Shown here piece after piece: positions 1 through 9,775 of a stretch of 64,000 nt of DNA. How positions within the stretch are numbered: position 1 is the first letter of the stretch; each line of letters begins with the position of its first letter. The stretch is taken from contig CAYJQB010000001.1 in NCBI GenBank assembly GCA_964372205.1, positions 551,699-615,698 on the forward strand. The letters are read 5' to 3'. Source of the DNA: Candidatus Woesearchaeota archaeon (GTDB taxonomy: Archaea; Nanobdellota; Nanobdellia; Pacearchaeales; GW2011-AR1). A model generated the notes under the pieces. It did no database searches. It was not told the origin of the DNA and saw only the letters and a list, made by a program, of their open reading frames with translations. The position numbers and the translations under genes are program-made.

Positions 1-2
1 AT

Positions 3-167
3 TTCATAATAATTCTAGAAAAAGTCAAAAGAGACTACAAGATAATTGACCCTGATGATGGAATGACTAGATTAGTAAACTCGAAAGTAATCTCAAAAGC
101 AATAAAAGAATTAAAAACAAGACTCTGGTTAAGTCCTATGTTAATCAATCTCCAACAACCCTGTTAA
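3..167 (+). CDS. partial CDS, 3' end of an unknown protein (IIDPDDG segment weakly recalls the C-terminus of C39-like peptidases)
   Basis: Open frame from the window edge (FIIILEKVKRDYKIIDPDDGMTRLV...) to TAA at 165-167; not in the ORF track. Confidence 0.35.
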   Translation, partial: FIIILEKVKRDYKIIDPDDGMTRLVNSKVISKAIKELKTRLWLSPMLINLQQPC

Positions 168-1617
168 TTATCTCCATTGCCTTCTTAGCATCTAATTTCC
201 CTTTAAACTTAGCCATGACTAATCCCATATACGCATTAGGTCTCAATCCAGGTTTCTCTTTCACTATCGTTCTTATCTCTGATTCAATATCATCATCGCT
301 AACCTTCTCAATCTTAACAGCATCCTCAAATTTCTTTCCGCTCAAAATCGCAAACATAATCTCCTTAACATCTCCCTCTCTAATTTCTTTCTTCTTCACT
401 TTATCAAGAATCTTTTCAAGAACCCTTTCATTCAAAGTCTCTTTTATTTCATCAACGCCCTTCTTCATCTTTGTAGCAAACTCATTCCTCCATAAAGAAA
501 CCATCTTCCCAACAAGATTTGCATCTTTGCCATAAACTTTAATCAACATCAAAAATTCATCCAAATCTCCAGCATTATCCAATACAAGATTAATCAACTC
601 GTCATTCAATCCTTTCTTCTTCAGCTCTGCTTTAATCTCAGTCTTCAGTTTAGGAAGGTTCTTCTTTAATCCGTCAAGTCTCTCTCTTCCAATCTTCAAT
701 AATGGAATGTCTGTTTCAGGATACATTCTATCTTTCCCAGGAAGGGGTCTTAAAAATTCGCTTTCTCCAGAAGGCAATGCATTCCTAACGTCTCCTTCAG
801 TCTTCTTCTGTCTTGTCTCTTCGAGCTGTCTATCAATCTCTACATCGATAGTTTTTACAAACATCTTAGGATCCTGAAATCCTTTTATCTCAACTCTGTC
901 ATGCCCTTTCACAGAAATATTGACATCCTGTCTTATAGTCCCAATTCCCCTTTTAACTCTGCAAGCCCTCAACACCTCTCCAATCTTCAAAGCACACTCT
1001 TTAACTTGTTCCGGGTTTTTCATTTCAGGAGCAGTTGCTATTTCAACAAGAGGAATTCCCAATCTATCTAACCTATAAACAACTTTGTTCTTATCTCTCT
1101 TGATTGTCCTAGCAGAATCTTCCTCTAAAATAACAGTTTCAACGTTTACCTTCCCGAAAGAAGTTTCAACAAATCCGTCATGTCCAATAAGAACAGTCCT
1201 CTGAAAACCTGAAGTATTGCTTCCATCAATAACTGTTTTTCTCATTACCTGCGAAACAGGATAAATTTCACAATTCAAAAGTAAAGCAATCTGCAAAGCA
1301 ACATTTAAGGCATCTTCATTAACACTATGAGGAGGCTCTTCATCCAATTCAACTAAACTAACAACATCTTTATGCACTTCATAATAAAACTCTTTGTCGA
1401 GCGCAGCTTCATGCGCAACAGCAACATCAACCTCTCCGCTCTCTCCAGCAACAGCATGAAGTTTCCTTTTTATAACGTAATCTGGCTCATCGCTTTTCAA
1501 ATAGCTCGGTGCTCCAGAAAACAGCTTAGGAGTATCTAACTGCTGGTGTATCTCTAATCCTGCTTTGAATCCTAGTTTAGCATAATCCTTACTTTTTTCT
1601 ATTCTACTATCATTCAT
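145..1617 (-). CDS. gatE: Glu-tRNA(Gln) amidotransferase subunit E, short form
   Basis: GFKAGLEIHQQL, RKTVIDGSNTSGFQRT, LDRLGIPLVEIAT, GIGTIRQDVNISV and RPLPGKDRMYPETD motifs. Confidence 0.95.
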   Translation of the reverse strand: MNDSRIEKSKDYAKLGFKAGLEIHQQLDTPKLFSGAPSYLKSDEPDYVIKRKLHAVAGESGEVDVAVAHEAALDKEFYYEVHKDVVSLVELDEEPPHSVNEDALNVALQIALLLNCEIYPVSQVMRKTVIDGSNTSGFQRTVLIGHDGFVETSFGKVNVETVILEEDSARTIKRDKNKVVYRLDRLGIPLVEIATAPEMKNPEQVKECALKIGEVLRACRVKRGIGTIRQDVNISVKGHDRVEIKGFQDPKMFVKTIDVEIDRQLEETRQKKTEGDVRNALPSGESEFLRPLPGKDRMYPETDIPLLKIGRERLDGLKKNLPKLKTEIKAELKKKGLNDELINLVLDNAGDLDEFLMLIKVYGKDANLVGKMVSLWRNEFATKMKKGVDEIKETLNERVLEKILDKVKKKEIREGDVKEIMFAILSGKKFEDAVKIEKVSDDDIESEIRTIVKEKPGLRPNAYMGLVMAKFKGKLDAKKAMEIINRVVGD

Positions 1618-1656
1618 GCAAAAAAGATAAGAACAGAGTTTAATAAATTTAGCTAA

Positions 1657-2649
1657 TCAATCATGCCTGCAAGACCTATTAACAATTTTATATTTTAAGT
1701 GGACTCTCTTAGCGCAGACTGAAAGAGCCTCACCTAGTTCTCTTTCTCCTATATCTCCAATAACTTCAAGTTTCTCCCCCTTCTTACCGTGGTTATTCTT
1801 TTCTACCTTAACTCTTATTCCATCTCTGTTCCCTCTTCTCCCTATATTCCTAAGAGCTTTAGCAGTAGAATAAACTGCCCCAGGTTGATCAACATCCGTA
1901 AGAAATACATCGTAAGCTCTGTTCTTAGCTAGTTCAGTCTCTAATCTTTCAGCGGAAGCCAGAACTCTAGAACCTATGTACTCTGTAAACAACCTCTCCG
2001 ACTCAGAAGGTTGAAATGCTGTACTCTTAGAAGCATATCTATCGGACAATGCTCCTCTAAGAAGATTAAAATACAATTCGCTATCTGTAAGAGGAATTAT
2101 AGCTGGAGGGTGTCCCGTCCTAGCTAAACAAAAGTTTTGCAACAATTGGGCAGCCCTTTTATTTCCGTCAGTATATGGATGAATTCTGACTAAATCAAGA
2201 TGTGCCGCAGAGGCTCTCAAAACAGAATGTATATCTGGAACATTCAAAAAACCAACAAGATTATCAATTCCCTGATAGACCTCAGATGGCCCGGGCGGAG
2301 CGAATCCAAAAACTTGAACTTCTCGAGTCCTAAACCCTCCATGATTTTTCTCTGGCAACAATATCTCACCAAGTTTAGAAAGAGAATAAATGTCTATTCC
2401 ATTTCTAGCCAAAATATCCCAGGCGTTGCTTAATCTTGACCTAATCTGAGGCTCGCTTAACTCAAAAATTTCCTTATCTTCTTTTGGAATGCCTCTAGGA
2501 TCCATAACTCTCGTGAACTCAAGAAAATAAGATTCTCTGCCTGCCTCTTCCCTTAAAGCTCTAGTAAATTCTTTATAAACACATTTAGAATACTCCGGAT
2601 GAGTGTTTATTCTTCCAACTACTTGGTCTATTCTCCTTAATATGTCCAT
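1657..2649 (-). CDS. Fic/Doc family protein
   Basis: Fic-like motif HPYTDGNKRAAQ, preceded by GGFRTREV. Confidence 0.85.
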   Translation of the reverse strand: MDILRRIDQVVGRINTHPEYSKCVYKEFTRALREEAGRESYFLEFTRVMDPRGIPKEDKEIFELSEPQIRSRLSNAWDILARNGIDIYSLSKLGEILLPEKNHGGFRTREVQVFGFAPPGPSEVYQGIDNLVGFLNVPDIHSVLRASAAHLDLVRIHPYTDGNKRAAQLLQNFCLARTGHPPAIIPLTDSELYFNLLRGALSDRYASKSTAFQPSESERLFTEYIGSRVLASAERLETELAKNRAYDVFLTDVDQPGAVYSTAKALRNIGRRGNRDGIRVKVEKNNHGKKGEKLEVIGDIGERELGEALSVCAKRVHLKYKIVNRSCRHD

Positions 2650-2723
2650 AAAAATTCCACTCAGAAACTGTATTTAAACCTTTCTTTTTTGTAACTCCCA
2701 TTAAGTTACTACATTAAACAAGT

Positions 2724-3089
2724 TTATCTTGCTTGCTTTGCAAAAGGAAAATAAGTGTTAAACTCTGAAGTTCCTCTATGAAAATAATCAATTTGAGCTC
2801 TGCTTCCCGAATCCCTTCCATTTGGACTTATAGTTAAGTCATCAACCGGAGCCTCTACCTTGCAGATCTTATGATTTCCATCCATGCCTATCATAACAAC
2901 TCTTCCGCCTCCAATATGTGAAATATATGCATTTCCTGAGAATCTACTGCCTGATGTAGAGCTTGCCGATACTGCATAGACTTCTCCAACTCGCACTGGT
3001 GGACTTCCAACCCCTTCACGAACTTGAGCTGCAGTAGCCATTGGCGTAGGTCTTGAATTCTTATGAGGATTAAATTTTTGTTTGCCCAT
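2724..3089 (-). CDS. hypothetical protein
   Basis: ORF; start moved to MGKQK at 3089; no recognisable motif. Confidence 0.5.
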   Translation of the reverse strand: MGKQKFNPHKNSRPTPMATAAQVREGVGSPPVRVGEVYAVSASSTSGSRFSGNAYISHIGGGRVVMIGMDGNHKICKVEAPVDDLTISPNGRDSGSRAQIDYFHRGTSEFNTYFPFAKQAR

Positions 3090-3168
3090 TTTACCAGTTC
3101 TTTCAATTTTTTTGTGTTTAAAAATATTATTGCAAAACATTTAAATCTCCATTTGAGTAAAAAATCTT

Positions 3169-3558
3169 ATGGTGAGAAAAGAAGGTGGTCATCCAGTACT
3201 ATCTAACAAAAGATCTTTTGGACAAAGAGCAGCAGATAATCTTACAAACTGGGCAGGTTCATGGGCATTCATAATAATTTTTTTATTGATAATAGCGTCC
3301 TGGATAATTATTAATGGATATTACCTTGTCAAATCGTCTGGTGCAAATCCATTAGACCCTTATCCGTTTATTTTGTTAAATCTTGCACTCTCTCTAGTTG
3401 CAGCAATACAAGCTCCTATAATTTTAATGTCTCAAAATAGAGAGGCTCAAAAAGATAGGCTTAGAGCTCAATACGATTATGCAGTTAACAGAAAAGCTGA
3501 AAGAGAAATCCAGGAAATAAGGCAACAACTTAGCAGAATAGAAAGAAAAATAAGATAA
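3169..3558 (+). CDS. DUF1003 family membrane protein
   Basis: GSWAFII, DPYPFILLNL and QAPIILMSQNR motifs. Confidence 0.85.
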   Translation: MVRKEGGHPVLSNKRSFGQRAADNLTNWAGSWAFIIIFLLIIASWIIINGYYLVKSSGANPLDPYPFILLNLALSLVAAIQAPIILMSQNREAQKDRLRAQYDYAVNRKAEREIQEIRQQLSRIERKIR

Positions 3559-4830
3559 TCACTCTTTCAATAGCTCGTTGAATTCTCTAGAAATGTTCTC
3601 AAGCATCTTTTCCTTCTCTTTTCCTTTCCAAGTTCTATGCCCTAACACCCAGCCTAATTTCACTAAAGCCGTCTCTGCCAACATGTCTTCCAGAAAAATA
3701 ACTCCCGTTTCTTCAAGCTCTCTCCCAAAAGAGTAAACTTTTGGATTTAATCTGCCATATATCGTTTGTGCTGCGGCACAGACTATAACGCCTTCTTTGA
3801 TTAATTTCTTAATCTTGCCAAGCCAATTATGTTTAGATTCGGAAGACGCAACATGTCCTAATCCAGTGGCTTCAATTACAATGCCTTTGTATCCGTTATT
3901 CTTGTAATAATCCAAAACGTCAGGGTCCTGCCCCGGATAGAACTTAACAAGAGCGATTTTATCACTGAAGCTATCATCTAACTCAACTTTTTCATCATTT
4001 CTAGGTCTTCTCTCCTCCAAAAATTCAATCTTATCCTTCCAGACTTTTGCAAGAGGTCCTATATTAACAGGTTTGAACGCATCTCTTCTTGAAGTATGCA
4101 TTTTCTTTGCTTTTGTTCCAATTAGAGCATGACAGTAATCATCGTCCATTGACGCATGCCCAACTAGAACAACTTCTGCACAATCGCTCAAAGCCATTTC
4201 AACAGCACATTCTAAATTCAGTTCTGCATCACTGCTTGCTCTATCAATACTCCTCTGACTATATGTAAGAACGACTGGTTTGTTTAAATTCTTCAAAAAG
4301 AAAGATAGTGCTGCTGAAGTGTAATGTATAGTATCTGTCCCATGAGTTACAATTACTCCCTGAATTTCTTTATCATTAAGCATCTTCTCCGCAGTTTCTG
4401 CAATCTTTATCCATTCATTATAGAACATGTTTTCAGAAGCCATCATAAATGGAACCTCAATTCTTTTCACATCGACCTTGTCAAATAATTTTGGATAAAA
4501 CCTTGCAAATTCCGATACGTCAGTAAGCCAATGAACTCCTCCGGTTTTGCTATCCAGTTTTGCAGCTATTGTGCCTCCAGTAATTATTATCCCAATCTTC
4601 GGTTTTCCTTTTCCAGAATGTAATTTATACTCTTTTTTTTCATTCTTGAACTTTCTCAAAACCTTACTTCCAAGAATGTTCTCTTTTGGAATTCCAATAT
4701 TATATCCACTCCTGAGTTTGAGAAGAACAATACTTTTGTCATAGCTCTCAAGTGCGGTTCCCTCAATTTCTCTAAATTGAGCAAGTTTTAATTGTATATA
4801 GTCTCCAGGATTAAATTTCAACTCCGCCAT
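3559..4830 (-). CDS. gatD: Glu-tRNA(Gln) amidotransferase subunit D
   Basis: Asparaginase-fold motifs TGGTIAA, THGTDT and SQRSIDR; N-terminal GYNIGI domain; ATG at 4830 lies just after the proS stop. Confidence 0.95.
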   Translation of the reverse strand: MAELKFNPGDYIQLKLAQFREIEGTALESYDKSIVLLKLRSGYNIGIPKENILGSKVLRKFKNEKKEYKLHSGKGKPKIGIIITGGTIAAKLDSKTGGVHWLTDVSEFARFYPKLFDKVDVKRIEVPFMMASENMFYNEWIKIAETAEKMLNDKEIQGVIVTHGTDTIHYTSAALSFFLKNLNKPVVLTYSQRSIDRASSDAELNLECAVEMALSDCAEVVLVGHASMDDDYCHALIGTKAKKMHTSRRDAFKPVNIGPLAKVWKDKIEFLEERRPRNDEKVELDDSFSDKIALVKFYPGQDPDVLDYYKNNGYKGIVIEATGLGHVASSESKHNWLGKIKKLIKEGVIVCAAAQTIYGRLNPKVYSFGRELEETGVIFLEDMLAETALVKLGWVLGHRTWKGKEKEKMLENISREFNELLKE

Positions 4831-4831
4831 T

Positions 4832-6280
4832 TTAGTAACTCTTTCCAATGTAAGCCAAATGCTCTGCATTTTCAGAGCAGATCACACAATTGCTCTTGCT
4901 CTTAGGCTGATTATATGGTATGTTTAAAACTTTAGCGGAAGTTTTCTCTTTCAATTTGTCCTCGCACTCGATACTCTTACACATAGGAGCAAAAGCAATC
5001 TTCTTTCCCTTAATAGCTTTCTCTAATTCAGAAAAACTCTTACATTCGACGATATTATCGTACAAAAGCTTCTTTGCTTTATCAAACATTTTCACCTGTA
5101 TATCCTCAAGTACTCTCCCAACATATTTTTCAACATCCTTCACTTTCACACTTTCCTTCTTACCATTATCTCTTCTAGAAACTACAACTTCTTTCTTCTC
5201 AACATCTCTAGGCCCAATTTCGATTTTCAAAGGCACTCCCTTCATCTCCCACTCATGGAACTTAAATCCTGGCTTATACTCTTCCCTATCATCAAGAATT
5301 GCTCCAAACTTCTTCAACTTACTTTCTAATTCTTTAGCAACCTTCAATACCTTATCTTTGGAATCTTCAAACAATATTGGAACTATCACAATTTTATTAA
5401 TAGCGATGTTAGGAGGTAATATCAACCCTTTAGAATCTGAATGGACTGCAAACATCACTCCCAACATTCTTGTAGAAATGGCATAGGTGTTTTGCCACAC
5501 ATATTCTTTTTTCCCATCCTTATTCAAAAATTGTATATCATAAGCTTTTGCAAAATGTTGCCCGTCGAAATGAAAATCAGGTCCTTGAATTGCCTTTCCA
5601 TTAGGCATATAATATTCCATACTAACAGAATATTCAGCTCCTGCAAATTTCTCTTTCTCGCTCTTCCTTCCAATCAAAGCAGGCAATGCAAGGTATTTCT
5701 CGCACACTTCCTTGTAGATTCCAATTATTTTATTCTCCTCAGCTTCAGCCTCTTTCTTTGAAGCATATGCACTATGTCCTTCATTCCACAAAAACTCTCT
5801 CCCCCGTAAAAACGGAACAGGATGTTTGAATTCCCATCTAACAACATTATTCCACTGATTCAGTTTCAAAGGCAAATCTCTCCAGCTCCTAATCCACTTT
5901 GAATAAGATTCATACATAATCGTCTCACTTGTCGGACGAACAGCAAGCCTCTCACTTAATTTAGTATCTCCAGCATGAGTCACCCAAGCAACTTCCGGCT
6001 TAAATCCTTCAGTATGTTCTGCAAGTTTAGAAAAATTCTTCTCAGGAATAAAAAGAGGGAAGTAACAATTTCTAACTCCAATTTTCTTGAATCTTTTATC
6101 AACTTCATAAACAATTTTTTCCCAAATCTCATAAGCTCCCGGCTTATACACTATCATCCCAGAAACAGAACTGTAATCAGCTAAATCAGCCTTCAACATA
6201 ATCTGCGTGAACCACTCAGAAAAATCGTCTTTCTCCGCACTAACGCCCTTATGTCCTTTTTCCATAGAACCCTTCTTCAT
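4832..6280 (-). CDS. proS: prolyl-tRNA synthetase, archaeal/eukaryal type
   Basis: DFSEWF, AVRPTSET, QWNNVVRWE, FLRGREFLWNEGH and C-terminal Zn-binding cysteines; start could be 6265 or 6280. Confidence 0.97.
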   Translation of the reverse strand: MKKGSMEKGHKGVSAEKDDFSEWFTQIMLKADLADYSSVSGMIVYKPGAYEIWEKIVYEVDKRFKKIGVRNCYFPLFIPEKNFSKLAEHTEGFKPEVAWVTHAGDTKLSERLAVRPTSETIMYESYSKWIRSWRDLPLKLNQWNNVVRWEFKHPVPFLRGREFLWNEGHSAYASKKEAEAEENKIIGIYKEVCEKYLALPALIGRKSEKEKFAGAEYSVSMEYYMPNGKAIQGPDFHFDGQHFAKAYDIQFLNKDGKKEYVWQNTYAISTRMLGVMFAVHSDSKGLILPPNIAINKIVIVPILFEDSKDKVLKVAKELESKLKKFGAILDDREEYKPGFKFHEWEMKGVPLKIEIGPRDVEKKEVVVSRRDNGKKESVKVKDVEKYVGRVLEDIQVKMFDKAKKLLYDNIVECKSFSELEKAIKGKKIAFAPMCKSIECEDKLKEKTSAKVLNIPYNQPKSKSNCVICSENAEHLAYIGKSY

Positions 6281-6325
6281 GATATAGGTTAACAATTAAG
6301 ATTAAAAAACCTATCCCTGAGAATC

Positions 6326-6694
6326 TCACTTCTTACTTTTCTTCCACAAGGCATATGAAATAAACATCACAGCCAAAAATATCAATGGACCCAAAACATC
6401 CCCAAAACTATTCCCATTTAATGCAAACGAAGCAGAAGCTCCAACAAAATCAATAGCAAATCCTGCGTAAGCCCACTCTTTCAAAACATTAAAATTGGGA
6501 TAAACTAAAACAAGAGCTCCAAGAATTTTAGCAACACCGATTATAATGTTCAGATATAACGGATACCCCAAACTTATAAATAATTCGTTTCCTGCCTCAC
6601 TTCCAATTAATCCCATCACTCCAGAAAAAATCATAAATGCTGCAAAGAGCCCTGTGATAATCCAGTACCAAATCCTAGTAGTTTTCTTTTTCAT
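6326..6694 (-). CDS. DoxX-like membrane protein
   Basis: LGYPLY, GVAKILG and KEWAYAGF motifs; four hydrophobic segments. Confidence 0.8.
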   Translation of the reverse strand: MKKKTTRIWYWIITGLFAAFMIFSGVMGLIGSEAGNELFISLGYPLYLNIIIGVAKILGALVLVYPNFNVLKEWAYAGFAIDFVGASASFALNGNSFGDVLGPLIFLAVMFISYALWKKSKK

Positions 6695-6783
6695 CTTACC
6701 GAATTAAAGTTCAATATTTATATAATCTCCTATTAAATCTTTCAGATAGATAGATATTTAAAGTTTAAAGCGAACTTCAATAT

Positions 6784-7662
6784 ATGAGAAAAATGCCTAG
6801 ATTTGCAAAAGGACTTGCAGTTGGACTTGCCACAGGAGCAGGATTTGGATACGCATTTATTAGTCCAAGTTCTCCAATTTCGTTATTCAATAACCCAACT
6901 ACAGAAGAACAGTTTCGAGATATAAAAGCACTGATTTATGATATTCGAGATATAAAAGCACGGATTCAACAACATAATTTAGAAACTTTAGCTAATACTT
7001 CCGGAGAGAATCGACCAGAGGTTATTCCTTCTCTTGATAATATAGAATTACAAACTAAAACAATAAGCATTCTTGACTTAATAGCTGAAGAAAGAGTTCC
7101 AATAGCTGTATTTTCAGGCATAGATTATAATCAAGATGGAAAGTGGGATGCTTTCGGAATTTTTAGCACGATATCCAGACCAGACTATTTCCCAGATATG
7201 GACACAATAAAGGATAAAATAATATTAGATAATTACCCAAGAGAAACAATTGTTCACCTAACTAAAAATATTCCTTATGATATCTTGCTAAACGAAACAC
7301 AAAGAGAAGATATTAGAGTAGAAGCAAACAAAGAATACTACTCCCAAATAACCTCTCCATTCATAGAAGGAAGAGAAGGAGTTGATTTTTATATTAGAAG
7401 AGAATTCAAAGACACATATGACAGTTCTGAAGAGATTAGAAAATCAATGGAAGAAGCTGGTTTGAAAGGACCATTTAGAACTATGACTGAAGCTGAAGCT
7501 GAAGCGTTAGACACACAAGGAAAAAAATATCTTCTGCCTGCAGAACATTTCATTGCAGCCGTAGAATCTGGAAGAGCCGGAATCGTCCTAGACGCAATTA
7601 GCACTAATTATCCAAACTGGAATAATTATAAAGAAGAAAAAGTTAAAGAAATTCAAAAGTAA
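6784..7662 (+). CDS. hypothetical protein with N-terminal membrane anchor
   Basis: 292-aa ORF with hydrophobic N-terminus and an AT-rich promoter-like region upstream. Confidence 0.7.
   Translation: MRKMPRFAKGLAVGLATGAGFGYAFISPSSPISLFNNPTTEEQFRDIKALIYDIRDIKARIQQHNLETLANTSGENRPEVIPSLDNIELQTKTISILDLIAEERVPIAVFSGIDYNQDGKWDAFGIFSTISRPDYFPDMDTIKDKIILDNYPRETIVHLTKNIPYDILLNETQREDIRVEANKEYYSQITSPFIEGREGVDFYIRREFKDTYDSSEEIRKSMEEAGLKGPFRTMTEAEAEALDTQGKKYLLPAEHFIAAVESGRAGIVLDAISTNYPNWNNYKEEKVKEIQK
6914..6961 (+). repeat. 18-bp direct repeat, period 30, in-frame within a CDS
   Basis: ttcgagatataaaagcac at 6914-6931 and 6944-6961 (RDIKA twice). Confidence 0.85.
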
Positions 7663-7684
7663 AAAATAAAAAACTAAAGAGTTC

Positions 7685-8011
7685 TTAAGGCCCTAAAGGT
7701 CTGAAACACAAACCTGTAGTATCTTGACATCCATCTGCGCACTTAACGCAAGTCCATGCGCCTCCTGCACACCCACAAGAACATTCTCCTCCTCCTGCAG
7801 TATTAGTACATTCATTCGTTCCAGCGTTTCCAGCACCACATGCAGTAGTTGGTTGTTCACAAGGCAATGTCAACTCATTTCCAACATCAACTGAACCAAG
7901 TCCTTGACCCATAGCCCTATCGCCAGGAGAAGCCTGAACAACTGCAAAGCTAAACATTCCGACTAAAAGCAACGCAAGAACAGCAGTAGAAACAAACCAT
8001 TTGTTTATCAT
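7685..8011 (-). CDS. small secreted cysteine-rich protein
   Basis: Signal-peptide-like N-terminus; 10 Cys in the C-terminal half. Confidence 0.7.
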   Translation of the reverse strand: MINKWFVSTAVLALLLVGMFSFAVVQASPGDRAMGQGLGSVDVGNELTLPCEQPTTACGAGNAGTNECTNTAGGGECSCGCAGGAWTCVKCADGCQDTTGLCFRPLGP

Positions 8012-8108
8012 AATATCTAATTAAACAAACCTCCTTTCAGTTTTGTCTGAAGGTTTAAAAAAACCATACAATCTCTTGTTATACGAACTTTAAATATCTT
8101 ATTGTTAA

Positions 8109-9605
8109 CTAAAAACCATAAATCTTGCTATACTTCTCGTTCAAATATTTCACATATACTACAGGATTCAACCCTTCTCCGCAAACTTTCTTTATTATCT
8201 CGTCAGCAAGATAATGACTTCCGTGTTTGTGCACTTTATCCCTTAGCCATTCTCTAATCTTTCCAAACTCTCCTTTTTCAATCTGCTTTTCAATCCCTGG
8301 ATGTTCTTTCTTTAGCTGCTCATACAATTGTGCAGAATAAATAGTGCCTATAGCATAAGTAGGAAAATAACCAAAGTTGCCCATGCTCCAGTGCACATCC
8401 TGAAGACATCCTTCAACATCATTTTTTATATCAACATTGAATAGCTCTTTCATCTTCACATTCCACACTTTTGGTAAATCTCTCACCTTGATACTTCCTT
8501 CAATCAGTCCAAGTTCTATCTCAAATCTCAAAATAACATGCAAACAATAATGTACTTCATCGGCTTCAACTCTTATCTTATCAGGAGATACAAAATTTAC
8601 TTCTTTGTACCATTCATCAATTCCTCCAGTTAATTTGAAATCCTTCTTGAATCTTGGAAAATAATACTTCCAAAACGGTTTTCCTCTTGCAATCATATTT
8701 TCCCAAAAACGAGACTGACTTTCGTGAATTCCTAAACTTGGAGCATCTCCTAAAACATTGTAAACCTCTTTTTCAGGAAGACCTAACTCATAAAGAGCAT
8801 GTCCTGCTTCATGAACAGTCGAAAGAAATGCAAACATCGGACTCTCTCTATAATTTGTTGTGACTCTCACATCTCCTATCCCAATTCTTGTAGTAAACGG
8901 ATGCTCTGTCAAGTCTATTCTTGAAGATTCTTTTTTTAACCCCATTCTTTGAGAAACATCATAAACAAGTTTTTCAAGAATTTTCCTATCAAACTCTTTT
9001 TTCATCAGAACAAGTTTTTGCTTTCTGTAGACTTCAGAAGATTCAATTTTTCGCAACAATTCAACAAGCTCTTTCTTCAATTCAGAAAAAATAGGTTTTA
9101 TTTTTTCTACAGTCATGCCCTCTTCATAATCATCTAAAAGAGTGTTATATGGATGCCCTGGAAGTCTATTGAACTCAATTCCTTTCTTAGAAAGTTGTAC
9201 AATCTTTTCCAGATACGGAGCAAATATAGAGAAATCTTTCTTCTTACGAGATTCCCTCCATTTAGGCCCTGCAAGAGCAACAGCCTTAGAAAATTCTTTT
9301 ACAAATTCCTTAGGAACCTTTCTTGCCTTAACAACATCTTTATACAACTTATAGACGATAAGTTTCTCCTTACCCTTGAGATTAGAATTTTTTAATTTTC
9401 TAAGTGCATTAAAAAGCTCATCAGAAACAACCTTATCGTGAGCTATTCCGCTCAACAAAGAAACTTGTTCAGACCTTGATTCAACCCCTCTTTCAGGCAT
9501 ATAAGTCTCTTCATCCCAACTCAACAATGCGTTTGCCTGCCCAATAAGAGTGATGTCTTTCTGATAATCCTCAATTATTTTCATCTCTTTTTTCATTCTT
9601 CTCAA
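8109..9605 (-). CDS. carboxypeptidase Taq (M32 family)
   Basis: HEAGHALYE (HEXXH), HESQSRFWEN, HPF, GCLQDVHWS and GYFPTY motifs. Confidence 0.95.
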   Translation of the reverse strand: MRRMKKEMKIIEDYQKDITLIGQANALLSWDEETYMPERGVESRSEQVSLLSGIAHDKVVSDELFNALRKLKNSNLKGKEKLIVYKLYKDVVKARKVPKEFVKEFSKAVALAGPKWRESRKKKDFSIFAPYLEKIVQLSKKGIEFNRLPGHPYNTLLDDYEEGMTVEKIKPIFSELKKELVELLRKIESSEVYRKQKLVLMKKEFDRKILEKLVYDVSQRMGLKKESSRIDLTEHPFTTRIGIGDVRVTTNYRESPMFAFLSTVHEAGHALYELGLPEKEVYNVLGDAPSLGIHESQSRFWENMIARGKPFWKYYFPRFKKDFKLTGGIDEWYKEVNFVSPDKIRVEADEVHYCLHVILRFEIELGLIEGSIKVRDLPKVWNVKMKELFNVDIKNDVEGCLQDVHWSMGNFGYFPTYAIGTIYSAQLYEQLKKEHPGIEKQIEKGEFGKIREWLRDKVHKHGSHYLADEIIKKVCGEGLNPVVYVKYLNEKYSKIYGF

Positions 9606-9634
9606 AAAAGGCTAAAAGATATTATAAATCTTTA

Positions 9635-9707
9635 CGGGCCCAGGAGGAATCGAACCCCCATCACAGGATCCGAAGTCCCGTATTCTGATCCATTAAACTA
9701 TGGGCCC
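9635..9707 (-). tRNA. tRNA-Arg(TCG)
   Basis: Cloverleaf: GGGCCCA acceptor stem, anticodon loop CT-TCG-GA, GGTTCGATTCC T-arm; TATA-like box 22 nt upstream. Confidence 0.95.
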
Positions 9708-9775
9708 AAAAATAGCAGTATTTGAGAACTTTTAAACCTTGATAAGTTCTTTAAAATGGCTTTATATATAATATA

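Noticed and set aside
8027-8058. Imperfect hairpin covering a GGAGG upstream of the Cys-rich gene
   Set aside because: The stem is bulged and overlaps the probable TATA box, so it is probably not in the transcript
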